Shown piece by piece: positions 39,501 through 52,001 of a DNA stretch of 64,000 nt (positions are counted from its first letter, which is position 1; each line of letters starts with the position of its first letter). A program made the translations under genes and the position numbers. Source of the stretch: Selaginella moellendorffii (taxonomy: Eukaryota > Plantae > Lycopodiophyta); assembly GCF_000143415.4 (NCBI RefSeq), contig NW_003314261.1, positions 6,298,822 through 6,362,821 on the forward strand, read 5' to 3'. The notes beneath the pieces were generated by a model, which ran no database searches, was not told the origin of the DNA, and saw nothing but the letters and a program-made list of their open reading frames with translations.

Positions 39501-40791
39501 ACAATATCCATACCCAAGGAACCAATTGCAAAGCCTTTGCACTCAAACATGTACCCACTCAGATCATCGTTTTCATCTCTGCGTATGTAACAAGACTAGT
39601 TGCCCAATCTCATTGGATAGTACTCGCCGAGACTCATCCTTTGATACCAAATGTAACGCACATAGGTGGTTTTAACCCTTTATCCTATGGTGATTTACCA
39701 TAGGATAACACCACGAAGCGAAACCTAAACCCTCTTTGTGCCACGTGACAGATGCCATGTGTCACATACCACGTGTCCATGCCATGTGTCCATAGGAACT
39801 CGAGGTTCAGAGCCTTGGGTCACTAAACGAAGGAACGGTGCCAAACCCCCAAGCAAGGAGCCAAGGAGTGATGGAACCGGACCACGGAGCAACTCTTGAG
39901 CGTACAGCCCAAGGAGCGAAGGGACAAGAGCCCGGAGCGACTTGGAACAGTCCTAGAGCAACCAGCATCCCAATGCCAGGACCAGCACACAAAACAGAGC
40001 CAAACAGAGTCTGGCGCTATTTCGGCATACCGGTGGCCTAACGTGAGGATATGGGTACTCCACCAACTAGCATGGAATGGAACTTGGGCTTAGACCCAAA
40101 CCGGACGCAGAACAAAGACAGGCACGCAAACAGAAGCTAGGCTATACCTCAAGTTGGTCGGCCATGCCCGACCTACCCACTATCCCTACTAAACATTGGG
40201 AACCCCCCACAGCCCCCCCCCCCCCCCCCCGCCCTTGAGGAACACACGTTTTGGGCTTTCACCCCAAGCCTCCCTTAGTATTATCAAGAGTTAGTCTCTG
40301 GGACAAGCTCAAAACTTACTAAATATGGAATGTCCCTAGATTGTGAATTTGGACACGGGACGAACACCATTGTGTTTAGGCCAAATGAGCAAATCTGGAC
40401 ACTTTCCATAAATAGCATTTGGGACCGAAATGAGACTAACACAAAGGGCATGATAGCGAGGGTGTTTGGCAGACACGGTAAGCTATCATGTAGCGATATT
40501 GAGGGACCAATCTCAATACGCGAGGGTTCTTGTCAAGCCAGTGCAAAACAGAGCAAAAGAGAACTAAAAAGCCAGGCCAAATATGCTTGGCTAAATAGAC
40601 ATTTAGGAATTCCGTCCTTATGCTCATCTGGCCAAGTATAGGTGTAAAGTCTAGTTTACTAACACTTGAACAAGAGGGGCTGATAAAGGGTCCAACAATA
40701 CCGACCTCCTGCCATCGTGGCAGTAAAGAAAGAATATCCGAAAGGACTAGTCGACAGGTAACTTTCGATACCCGAAGTCACATTCGCAACA
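33523..40791 (-). mobile_element. LTR retrotransposon B, full structure with decayed Ty1/copia-like interior
   Basis: LTRs 33523-34681 and 39652-40791, very similar; TSD CCATT/CCATC; minus-strand PBS TGGTATCAAAG (~39639-39649); PPT AAGGGGGGAGAG next to 34682; faint copia traces on minus: EEFSLDLDFSCHF (~38200) and KLVKGLE..NLELV..LGGRLHLTFCLDFMR (~37550-37790). Confidence 0.88.
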
Positions 40792-40850
40792 CCATCGGGA
40801 TTATCTACTTATAGACATTGCACATATGACCATCACAATCAAATTGTGAT

Positions 40851-41725
40851 GGCCACATCAGCAATTTGAAATGATGTTGCCTTAGTACATATCACTATCA
40901 CTATCATTTTTTTAAATGGTGGTATTGTGACAGTGAAATCAATTTGAATGTTTTTCAAAACTTGCTTAGCTAGTTGACCACCATCAAACTTGCAATAGTA
41001 GGTTAAAATGCTGATGTGGCAGTTATTTCCTCCCACCACTATTGTTGATGTGTCAATTCTTGGTTTTAGGGTCTTGAGCAGAATGGGAGAGTAACAGCCG
41101 AACAACTTGGAGATCATGTTCTCCACTTAATGTTAGCAAGGATTTATGTATGATAGTTCTAAATTTAGCAAGGGAAATTTTACTACTCCCACTCCACCAA
41201 AGCCTCCAAAACCAACTAGAAATTAGGGGCATTGGTCTTTGAATGAATTGTTGGTTCTAAATGAAGCAAAGAAGCATGATTTCTTCTTACAACAGCGAGG
41301 TAGCATTCAAGAGAGGCACAAGATTGCAAGCATTTGTTGGCAGCAAGTCTCTGAGTAAGTTTTGGACTTTTTACACTTCCAGTAGTTCATTGATTTTGCA
41401 GCTATTATTTGACACATGGTGTTAACTGTTTGCTTGGGCAATGCCAATCTCATTGGGATATCTACAAAGAGTTCAACAAAATCAAGTCATATCAATATTA
41501 TTTTCCTACTGGCAAAAGCAATTACTAGAACATGACTCTCTCCACCTTGTTGGATCTTGCATTCTAACCTCATCCACCCAATGACGAAACCAGTGAAGAA
41601 ACTTTGGTCTAATATAGAAATCTCCCTTTTGAAAGAGGTTCAGTTGTAACCAACTCTCAACTACTGCCAAGCACATGTGATGATACATTAGCACTGATTG
41701 TTGTTGAAGAGCAGCTTCAAGCCTC
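40851..41725. mobile_element. PIF/Harbinger-like fragment: trihelix/Myb-SANT-like exons (+) facing a transposase N-terminal piece (-)
   Basis: + 41233-41540: WSLNELLVLNEAKK...WQQVS[intron]..HGVNC..GQCQSHWDIYKEFNKIKSYQ...NY*NM. - 41540-41720: YIRPKFLHWFRHWVDEVRMQDPTRWRES. TGAT at both junctions; no TIRs found. Confidence 0.6.
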
Positions 41726-42445
41726 TGATCCTCAACATCAATAGGCCTAAAGAATATCAAAGGCCAAAAGAGTATAATCAAGCTAAAATTCCTACTCACT
41801 ATCCTATGTTATACAATCAAATTGAATCATCAACCAAGAATGATAGGCCCCTTAAGGATACACAACCTACAACTAAGCACATTGAGGTAGAATGATTAAA
41901 TATAAAAGAGCTACTTAGTGTCTATGTCATGACTAAAGCCCAACACAAAAGAGTTGAATTTGAAAGCCAAGATGGAGTGATAATGAAATAAAAATTATCC
42001 CTAACTTTCAATGGCACCAAAAGAAAAAGATTAATGCAAAAATCACTTAACAACTCTAATACTTACAACTTCAAGTCAATTTAGACAATAGTGATTCTAA
42101 CACAGAAAGTATCATGCCTTTACAAACTAATATGAATTTACCACTAGCCCAAAGGGAAAATCCTATACTAAAGCTAAATGGCAAGGATAAGAAGAAAATA
42201 GTGAAAGGTATTTTAAATGTTAGAATTACACTCACTTTAGGCCAACTTCTCACTATAGCACTTTATTTTAGAGTTGTATTACTCATAACGATTTCGTCTA
42301 AGAAGGAAAAAACTTTAATCCCATCTATAACCATTGTAATTGAGTTAGGGGATTGTGATGATGAAGTTTTTTCAATTGATATAAAAATTTGCAAAAATCT
42401 ATTATTCAGAACTCTCATTGATGGTGGTTCAAGCATAAATATTCT

Positions 42446-43119
42446 TCTAGCGCATGTGATCATGGGATGAGATTTGGATATACTGTCACCGTGGATCCTT
42501 GGAACCTTGGGAGATAAATGGGGATAAAATAGCCACTAAGGGCTCTCTCATCAAGCAATTGCCCCTTTTCCAGTTAGCTTAAGGGGAGAGAGATAAGGTG
42601 CGCTACATTTGGTATCGGAGCAAATGGCACGGGTTCGATTCCCATTGATTAGTGGCTACTTAAAAGTATAATATACCCTTGAGCAAGGTATATTCCTACC
42701 CCTAAATTTAAAATCGTACGTATTGGGCATCCATGCGTACGTCCTTCCTCTTGTGTGGAGTATCCACGGACGAAGGTATCCACCGTGGGACTGCGGTACG
42801 GGTGGATGACTAGTTGCCTCACATGGAATAGCTGGTCTACACAATGGAAGGATTGGTAGATTGAGTGCGGAAATGGAGGTACTGGTTCCCCTTGGCTCAA
42901 TAGGGGTTGTTAGTCAATAGTCAATGAGGACATTGACATCTCTGAAGGGGGGGTGAGTGTAGCGTATGTGATCATGGGATGAGATTTGGATATACTGTCA
43001 CCGTGGATCCTTGGAACCTTGGGAGATAAATGGGGATAAAATAGCCACTAAGGGCTCTCTCATCAAGCAATTGCCCCTTTTCCAGTTGGCTTAAGGGGAG
43101 AGAGATAAGGTGCGCTACA
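42446..43119 (+). mobile_element. TRIM (non-Cassandra) inserted in the Gypsy protease
   Basis: 162-bp LTRs 42446-42607 and 42958-43119; TSD ATTCT (42441-42445, 43120-43124); PBS TGGTATCGGAGC at 42610; PPT GAAGGGGGGGTGAG. Confidence 0.95.
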
Positions 43120-46100
43120 ATTCTAGAAGAGAGTATTTACAAAGAATTAGGCTTAAGTCCAATTCAACTAGCCTCATTTAATGTACGAATGGTAGATAAT
43201 CGAAGCATCATGCCTATTGGAATTATTAGAAATGTCTTAACCAATGTGGCTAGCATAAAGTATAAATTCAATTATGTTATGCTTAAAATGATATGACAAA
43301 ATTCTACCTATAAAACCCTACTAGGCAAACCTTGACTAAAAATTGCATGTATAAACCAAGACTGGAATAACAATTTATTATATATAGAGTAAGGCAACCA
43401 AAAACAATCTATGCCCATTACTTTTATATACAGTTGGAAAGGAAAAATTAACCCCTTAAAACTCAATCTTATAATTGCAAAGAAGGTTTAGATGATTTTC
43501 TAAGAATAAAAAATCTTAAAAGATTTTCATGAAGTTGAGCTAATATTCTTAGCATTTATTCAATATTCAAAAAAGTACTTAAGCAAGAAGCTCCTAGATA
43601 AAAAATAGGTATGGCTATAAGATATTTTTCTCTAAAAGAGGATCCTACATATAAAATTGATTAACAGAGAAACTATGTTTCATATGTTTCTTGTGATTAA
43701 CCACTAAAGCATATCAATTTAGCAGATTAGAATAATCCTCATACTGTCATAATTGCTCAAGGATTGCAAAGTGAATTTCACAATCAGGCGATAAATTTAT
43801 TAAAAGACTACAAGGACGTTTTTGTTTAGTCTTACATAAATTTAAAAGGCATCTTGTCAGAACTCTATATGCACTGTATTGAAATACTCTCGAAAAATAT
43901 GCCTAAAAGGTAGATGTCTTATAAAATGAATTTTAATTATCAAAGTAAAGTTAGGGAAGAAATCGATAAATTCCTTTAAGTAGGATTCATTTGTCCAATC
44001 CAAAATGCTCAATGGCTTTCACCACCACTTATAATTATGCCTAAGAAAAAATGGCAAATTACAAGTTTGTGTGAATTACAAAAAGCTAAATGATGCAATA
44101 AAAAAGGATATGTTCCTTATCCTTTCACAGATGAAATTTTGGATTCAGAAGCAGGTTATGATATATATTCATTTTTAAATGGATTCTTTGACTATAATCA
44201 AGTAGAAGTAGCACTTGAAGATTAACATAAAATAGCTTTTATAAGCCTATGGGGAACTTAAGCATATTGCAAAATGCCTTTTAGCCTATGTAATGCTCTT
44301 TTTACATTTCAAAGAGTTGTTACAAACACTTTCAGAGAATATCTTACTAATTTTATAAGAGTTTTCATAGATGATTTTAGTGTCTTTAACTCTAGAAAGG
44401 AATATTTAGTTTTCTTATAAAAATATTTTTGAAAATGTAAAAAACATAACATTTCTTTTAATCCAAAGAAATGTACTTTTTCTTATAAATTTGAGCATTC
44501 TTTTAGGTCATATTATATGCAAGGAAGATATCCTTCTAAACAAATATAAAACTCATGTGATTAAAAGAATATCTCCACCACATGACTTAAAAAGTCTTTA
44601 TTACTTTCTAAGCAAAGTTGGTTATCACAAGCAATTTATAAAAGCTTATGCAAAAATTGCCAAGCCATTTATTAATTTTTTAAAGAAAGATACTCCATTT
44701 ATATAGAACAAAAATTGTCAATTAGTATTTTTAAGGTTTAAACAATGCCTTAAAAAGGCATGTATACTTATTAAGCCCGACTAGATAAAGGAGTTTCACC
44801 TATAGGTGGATACTTCTAATATTGCTATATGTGTAATATTATCCCAAGCACAAGGTGATAAAAAAACATCATCCTATCTACCATGCCAACAAATGTTTAA
44901 ATCCTACTAAGCATAACTACAAAATGATTGAAAAAGAAGCCTTAGGCATAGCTTATGCTTTACAAAATTTAACTATTATCTTTTAACAACAAAAGTAATT
45001 ATCTTTGCTGACTATAACGCCCTTTTATATCTCATCAACAAGCCATGCATATTTTCTCTACTAACTAAATGGTTTTTACTATTATAAGAATATAATCTTG
45101 AAATAGTATATAGATTTAGAAAATTTCATAAATAGGTCAATTGTGTAAGCCACATCATTTTTCACAAATAGGGATTGGATTTTGTGGGTTTCATGATGAT
45201 AAGTAGTAAGAGGAATAAATACATTTTAGTCACTATTGATTATGTGACTAAATGGGCAGAAGCTATACCTATGAAACAAGCCTTAGCTACTAACACTGTT
45301 AAATTCCTTTATGAAAACATCATTGTAAAATTTAGTTAGCCTAAGGAAATCGTCATGAATAAAGGTACCCATTTCATCAATGAAACAATAGAAATTCTTA
45401 TACAAGAATTCATCCTTAAGCATAAAAAGTCCATGCCATATTACCCACAAGGGAATGATCAAGTTCAATCTATTAATAAAAAGCTCTATTTCGTTAAAGT
45501 GGGATTTATTCAGTAAAATGGGACTAGGTACAAATTTTCAAGTATTTGAAAATGACGTGAAATTATATGTTTTTTGTCCAGGGGCTACACATATCTGGGG
45601 CATGGTGACTAGCGCGGTGACTTTGTGTCCAGACTGAGTCCATCTGGTTGTATAATAAATCTCATTGTCAAGGTGAACAAGCCGAATCTGAAGCTAAAGA
45701 AGAGCGATGGCATGCGCGCACACACTATTTGTTTGTTCATTGAGCGTGTGGTGAGCTTTCCAAGATGAACGTCATTCCTATTAGCCAGACATATAACTTA
45801 ATGGTGAGAACATTTAGATATTATTCAATGTTATCTTTTTCTAACGAATCTAATTGTGAAGGTGTAGCAAGAGGCATTGCTAGTCTGGAGAAGTCATTTA
45901 ACTCATTTGACCCTTAGTGTATTTTCATGAAACTAAATAACATTCATATTATTAAGGAATTTCTCTAGTACCTTTTTTTTACGACATAGAGGCTTGCATT
46001 TCTTTCAAAGGTGATTTAGTAAAAGGCCTGAGGGCACATGCCATTCTATTTCTCAGACCGGTATTAAGATATACTAGTGCAAAGGGCCACATGCCATCAC

Positions 46101-46169
46101 GCCTCCTCTGATTCAGATTCGGATTGTTCACCTTGAAATAAAATACATTAGAAACATAGTAAAGGAATA

Positions 46170-49100
46170 TTAATGAATCTCACCTTGAACCCGGGTTATG
46201 AATGCTCTTGCTGCATCTCTTGCATGGTCTGGCAAGGTGATGGTGGCACTCTGCTTCCGCATCCAACCATGCACAACATTATCCACCGATATGCTCATGC
46301 TGGGATCCCTTGGATTCAGCACCCATCTCTTTTCTAGGCAATCCTTCGTATATCCGGAACTTGGCTTGAACCACTCCACAGTTACATTGAAGGAGTTAGT
46401 TTCTGCGTCCTCCTCTGCATCAGTGATGTAGTGCCCCACCCATATCATTTGTTTTTTATTACTGGGTCTGACAAGCACGACCATTCCTTTGCAGACCTGT
46501 ACTGGATTGAATGCTGAATCCGGCTTCTTGTTCCTCGGCCCACAATAGTGATCCTCAACATCGTTATCTGTCACTGCATTTCCAGAGGACATTGTTCCGC
46601 TACTATCTAGTGCTCTAGGTTCTGGCCAAAAGGACTCTTCCAATTCTTCATATACAACCGGCCCATTTTGGATAGCAGATATAATCTTCTCCTAGTATTC
46701 GAGCAAAGGCTTGCACCTCTTAAAATAGGATTCTCCACCAAACACTAACCCCCTCTTCCAGAAGGCAATATGCTATCTAATCCCGGCCACTATACTTTCC
46801 TGGTCTTTGAGTCCATCCGGGTGCATCGGCCGTGGGGAACCCTGAGGAATCATAGGTTCCCCAGTTATGGGATCTCTCTTGAAGAGTTCAATGCTATCCA
46901 CTGGCAGCCACACTGTGTCCCATTCTCTCATCTTGTACCTCATCACTGGAGCACCGTCACGCATGCTGAAATGAAACTGAAGAGGCTTGGAGTGGCCAAT
47001 CAGCGTTTCGGATCCGTCCCTGATGTAGCCTCTTACAAACCCCTTAAAGTCTGGAACCTCTGTCACAAGTGCAGCTTCAACAGTGCCTTTGATGCAATTT
47101 TGGAATTCATCGTAGAGTTGTGGGAGGGTGAGGACATTGGATCGCCGGAGGGACTCTGCCAGGTGACTGAACATGGCATCGACGTCTTCATGAGTGTGCC
47201 CAACCATGAGAAAGCCAAGTGTAACCGTTTCAAATATGCCTTTGGCAACAAGCATCGCCAAGTACGCGAAGACGTACATGTTTTTGTTCTCACTGCCAGC
47301 ATTGTCTGTTTGGAGCAGAAGATGGGGTGGAAGGCCACATCGGCCGCAAGAACTTCCTTGAGATTCTGCTTCGTTTGGATGAGGCTGTGCCTTCATCGGG
47401 CGACCAGCCTCGTCGGAATGGCATGAGGCCTCACGTGATAACCCTACAATCTGACGGCCAACATATTCACTGGGATGGCATGGGGCCCCACGCGATACTG
47501 CAAGCCTTTGCTCCTCCTCCAGCTGAACCCTGTATGGGGTTCAATCGATAAGGGCCTTATGCAAGGGTTGGCCGTTCAGCTCAGTCTGCGCACTTTGTAG
47601 AGACCTTAAGTGTTTTGCTAGGGACGCAATCATCATGTTTGCACCCCCGCCACCCCATAGAGGTACAAAGAAGTTCCCATAGTTCTGGGCACCATGCCCA
47701 TGAGCGATTATGCCAAACAGAGACACAGGCAGCTGCATGGATGAAGAGATTGCCTTGGGGGCAGGATTGAGTCGAGGTAAGCACGTCTTTTTCTGGTCCA
47801 TTTTGTTGTGGATGATGCAGAGGTAAGAGTCAGGTCTCTCCATGGAGAGAATCCTGTTATGATAATATGCAGTCCTGCAGCTTCTCTGCTCGATGTTGTG
47901 GTCGAGCCGCCTTCTAACCAACGTCTTTCGCTCTTGAGCGCTGCAAGAATTCTTCGACAAAGCCATTTTGATAGCAGTGCACTTGTCACACTTTGAAAAG
48001 ATGGAGTACTTTCCTATACTCACATCCCTGAACCTGTTGCTCCACAATCTACTAAATCTAGATTGACTCAGCTTCCTGTAGCCATTACTCTGGAGTTCCC
48101 GATTCACATCTTCCAATATGGCCCCCTTGGTATACATGGAAGGGAGAACTCGTTGGGTGTCTCGTGTTCCATCTTCCAAGAGGCGGGTTTTATGTGGTTG
48201 CTGCTCGTTACATGTCTCGACAAACCTCTTGAAGATTGCCTCTCCATATACAACATGACCCCTGGTTTTGTGCGTACCGTCGTTCCCATGGACTGCCTGT
48301 TGAACCCTTTGTTCCTCGAACTCAATTTTGATTCTGTAGAATGTGCTTCGAGGGACTCCATAAATGATTCTCCATGCCTTCATGCAGACCAAACCCCTCT
48401 GGAAGACCATGCCCCCCACCTGATGTTCTGAAGCATCAATAGATGACCGTAATGCCTCATACACAAAATTGCGAGCTGCCTTCCAGGACAATGTCTTTTA
48501 TCTTGCTCTCTCCTCTTCAATAGCATCCCAATCAGCATGTTGACAGCACCTCCTCTTGCAACAAGCAACTGTCGAGACCATTCGAACCTCCATCGCCATT
48601 TTTTGTCTTTTCGGTTCGTTGCTCAAATCCCTTTGGCTGCGCTTTAGGAAGGTGTACTTTCTTTTCCCATGAAGAGATGTTCTGTCATCAGTTATAGTGG
48701 TGTTTGATTGTGAATCCTTCACATTCTCAAACACTAAGTGCCTCAATTTCCACCGCACAATGCTTCCAATAGTCAGATTGTTTTCTTCTGTGTCAACAAC
48801 CTCTAAAATCGCAACTCCAATATCATCCCAGCCCAATTCTTGATTAGCAACCGCATCTCTTGGATCGACAACTGTGGCTAAGCCCTCAGCTACCACCTCC
48901 CCCTCGGGTTGTTTAGAAACACCTTTGCCTGAATCCATGTAGCATGGTTCTTAAGATCCACGGAGGGAACATGCGTCGCACTTGCGCTGTCCCCAACATC
49001 TGCTTTCTTCTGCAGATTTTTCAAGGCAACAACAACATTTACCCCGACAACCATCTCTCCTCGTTCAATAGCGACCACATTCCCATCGAAGACAGTCTCT

Positions 49101-49237
49101 ACTGATACAGCAGCATTGCCTTCCCCAAGCCTTTGACAGTGTATAACAAAGTTCCGATCCATAGACACAAGGGTCCCTTTTGCAACTCTCTTCCCACCAT
49201 TCAAAATGTAAACCTTTTCCCCAACCCTGAAGGCCAT
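46170..49237 (-). pseudogene. Sola1-like DD(D/E) transposase, ~1020 codons, 1 frameshift and 4 in-frame stops
   Basis: ORFs 48498-48938, 47541-48491, 46773-47396 and 46170-46643 share one frame. Motifs VCMKAW..IYGV, FSKCDKC, IIHNKMDQKKTCLP, LLLQTDNAGSENKN, FLMVGHTHEDVDAMFS. N-terminus has two VA(K/E)G..D..LG..V repeats resembling the Tnp1/En-Spm-like small domain. Confidence 0.85.
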
Positions 49238-49416
49238 TCTGAAAGTGCAGAAAAGAAGTTAAGACCATACAAAAAATGATTGGAGAATGGCCTAAATCAT
49301 AACATACCAAATAGCATGAGGCCACATGCCATTATTCAAACATGCTATTGACACCCACGTGAAATTTCGCATTCACAAAATTGGCATGAGCCCTTATGCC
49401 ATTAGTGGTACCACTA

Positions 49417-49595
49417 ATGGCATGAGGCCTCACGCTATCTTTGGCCCCTGCTAGCCTGTTGCTATATTCCTTTTGCCTTGTTGCAACTGTATATATTTTT
49501 GTGTGCGTGACTAGTCACCCATACAAAAATATATACAGTTGCAGCAAGGCAAATAGGCTAGCAGGGGCCAAAGATGGCATGAGGCCTCATGCCAT
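49417..49595. repeat. ~180-bp fold-back hairpin upstream of the transposase ATG, capped by two 22-bp palindromes
   Basis: ATCTTTGGCCCCTGCTAGCCT...TTTGCCTTGTTGCAACTGTATATATTTTTGT pairs with ACAAAAATATATACAGTTGCAGCAAGGCAAA...AGGCTAGCAGGGGCCAAAGAT around GTGACTAGTCAC. Confidence 0.9.
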
Positions 49596-50716
49596 CTTGA
49601 TATACACACAGCTGCAGGCAAGTAAAAACATATATGACAATACGCTAGCCATGAAATTGCAAGGGCCCAAGATGGCATGTGGCCTCATGCCATTTCTAAA
49701 TGTGGTCCTAAACCATTCCATGGTGAACATACCAGGAAGCACAAGTGCCGAATATCAAGAGGAAGCGGTAGCCACACCAAAGACAATGCCGCTTGCAACA
49801 CCGCAACTACTCGTAGCGCCGCTCGCAACACCGCAACTGCTCGTAGCACCGCTCGCACAAATTGCCACTCGCATAAACTGCCGCTCGCAATGGCGCTCGC
49901 AATGCCGCAACCGCTTGTAGACGCATAAACCACAGCTCACAACGCCGCTTACACAAGCAGCGCTCACTACGCTCAGCAGAACCAAGAACACGGCACACAA
50001 AAATGATAGACCTAGGAATGAGTTCGAGAATTCAAAAATAACACACGCTTGAACGTCACATCAAATCCTCTGACAAACCAGATCTTATGATTCCTCTGAC
50101 AAATTTCAAACTGAGTAGCTTCTAGACTTTGCTGTCGGAGGTTGAACTTTGTCACATCATGTCCTTGCCTCGATCCAGCTGTGCCATGTTAGTGATTCGA
50201 ACTTTGCCATGCCATGTCAGCGATCCGCGCCAAGATTATTCGCCGTGTAAAGGAATAATTATGCTGTGTGTGTACGTCCATTTATGGCAATATAAGGCCA
50301 CACGCCATTCAAAGAATAATGCTAGTCGAGCATTTTTTGGTGCATTCTTGGGTTCAAAATTGCATGAGCCCACACGCTATAAAGTTTACCTATACCAAAA
50401 ATAGAAATAGCTTTATTTACTTGGGAATTTAAGTGGTTGAGGCATTTTTAAACCTACAAACACATGCCCTACTTACATTCATTTGGTTGCTTAAAATTCA
50501 AAAATATTATAAACCTTTCTTTTTGCATTTTCAATGTTTTCAATTATGGTTTTTGATTTTCGCAGGACCAGCTTAGTAATCTATTTGCATCCCGTCATGT
50601 TTATAGCTAGCTTTCGTTTGTCCCCTTCACTAGCCTGAGATACATCTGCTCGAAATCTGCCTCTTACAGCATTTGCCCAGAAAGGGCATCTTTCTTCACG
50701 CAGCATTTGCCACATG

Positions 50717-50748
50717 TTTAGGGTTAGGGTTTAGGGTTTAGGGTTTAG
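50717..50748 (+). repeat. Short telomere-type (TTTAGGG)n tract / telo-box cluster between the divergent genes
   Basis: TTTAGGGTTAGGGTTTAGGGTTTAGGGTTTAG. Confidence 0.85.
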
Positions 50749-52001
50749 CAATTCAGTAGCTTGATAAACATGTAAATACAGAACTTGATGCAAAATCCTT
50801 TGATATGTCACAATGCCCCTAGGACCATAAACACATTTCAATAGAAAGGGTCCTTTCATTTCATAACTCCTTACGTAGATCTTGGTGAAACCAGAGTTAG
50901 TGAAGTTGGTTTCTTGTGATCCCGCATCTGATTGTGATGTCCCTTTGCAGTGTTGATGGAAAGGTCAATGCACACCAAACTGTAGAATCTTGGAGCAAAA
51001 TAACGGTCGGATCTATGGCAAATGCCCCTGAAAAATTGTAAGGCTCGTGTGGTCTCATGTGGTGTCCGATCGAGATGCTTCTTTGCAGGGTCATCAAGAA
51101 GGACATTGTATACCATTCTGTAAAATCTAGTTGCGATCTAACGGTTGGATCTCCAGGAAACTCAAAACAATCTCGCGCATGTTAGAATATTCTAGGAATA
51201 TACTCCTATGTGCTCCTGAAAATGGCATGCGGCCCCACGCCATTCAAGAGATAACGCCAGATGACGCCGAGCATTTTTTGGTGCATTTTTTGGGATCAAA
51301 ATTGCATGAGCCCACACGCTTGAACGTCACATCAAATCCTCTGACAATTTATTTAGCTGAACATCTGGCATTTTTGGAAATACAAGATGCTTTGGAATAT
51401 CCAATCATGCATGGTATAAATATAGCGAGGGTATTAAATGATATCCCAACCATGATCTTTCTTTTGGATTTCGCGTGCATGCAGTCCGAGGAATGATGAC
51501 GTTGCGGATTTCTTTTGGATTTCACGCATGCGCGCGCCGATCCAGAAATTAATGGTGGCGCCCAAGTCCGAGGAATGATGACGTGGCGGGATTACCAACC
51601 GTCGTGACATTTCGCGCGTGTGAGGTTAGGTTTTGCATTTTGCTTCGTACTCGCACTCGCACACTCGCGCTCGCATCGCGCTCCCACTCGCGCTCCCACT
51701 TCTCTACAGGTTTCTCGTGTGCATCGGCGTCCACTCGCGCTTGCATCACACTCGCGCTCGCATCGCGCTCGCATCGCGCTCGTGTGCATCGGCGTCCACT
51801 TCAAGACACACCCAGTTTGTAACTTCGCCGCCAACTCCGCCGCCCACTCCGCCACCCACACGCAGCCCACTTGGTGTCCCGGGAGATTTCAGCGCCACTC
51901 TCCAACTGTAAGTGGCAGAGTAGCCTTGCTGCTACAATCCGCTGCACACACAGTGCACATTCGCCAGCGAGTCCGGTTGTCATGCCTCCATTCGGCTTCA
52001 A

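Noticed and set aside
45481-45504. CACTA, piggyBac or Kolobok assignment for the 12.6-kb element
   Set aside because: No CACT or CC termini, TSD is TAAA not TTAA, and the DN..ENKN/GHTHEDVD core does not match those transposases as I know them
47397-47543. Intron separating two transposase ORFs
   Set aside because: The 144-bp gap is open and in frame; a single TGA explains the break
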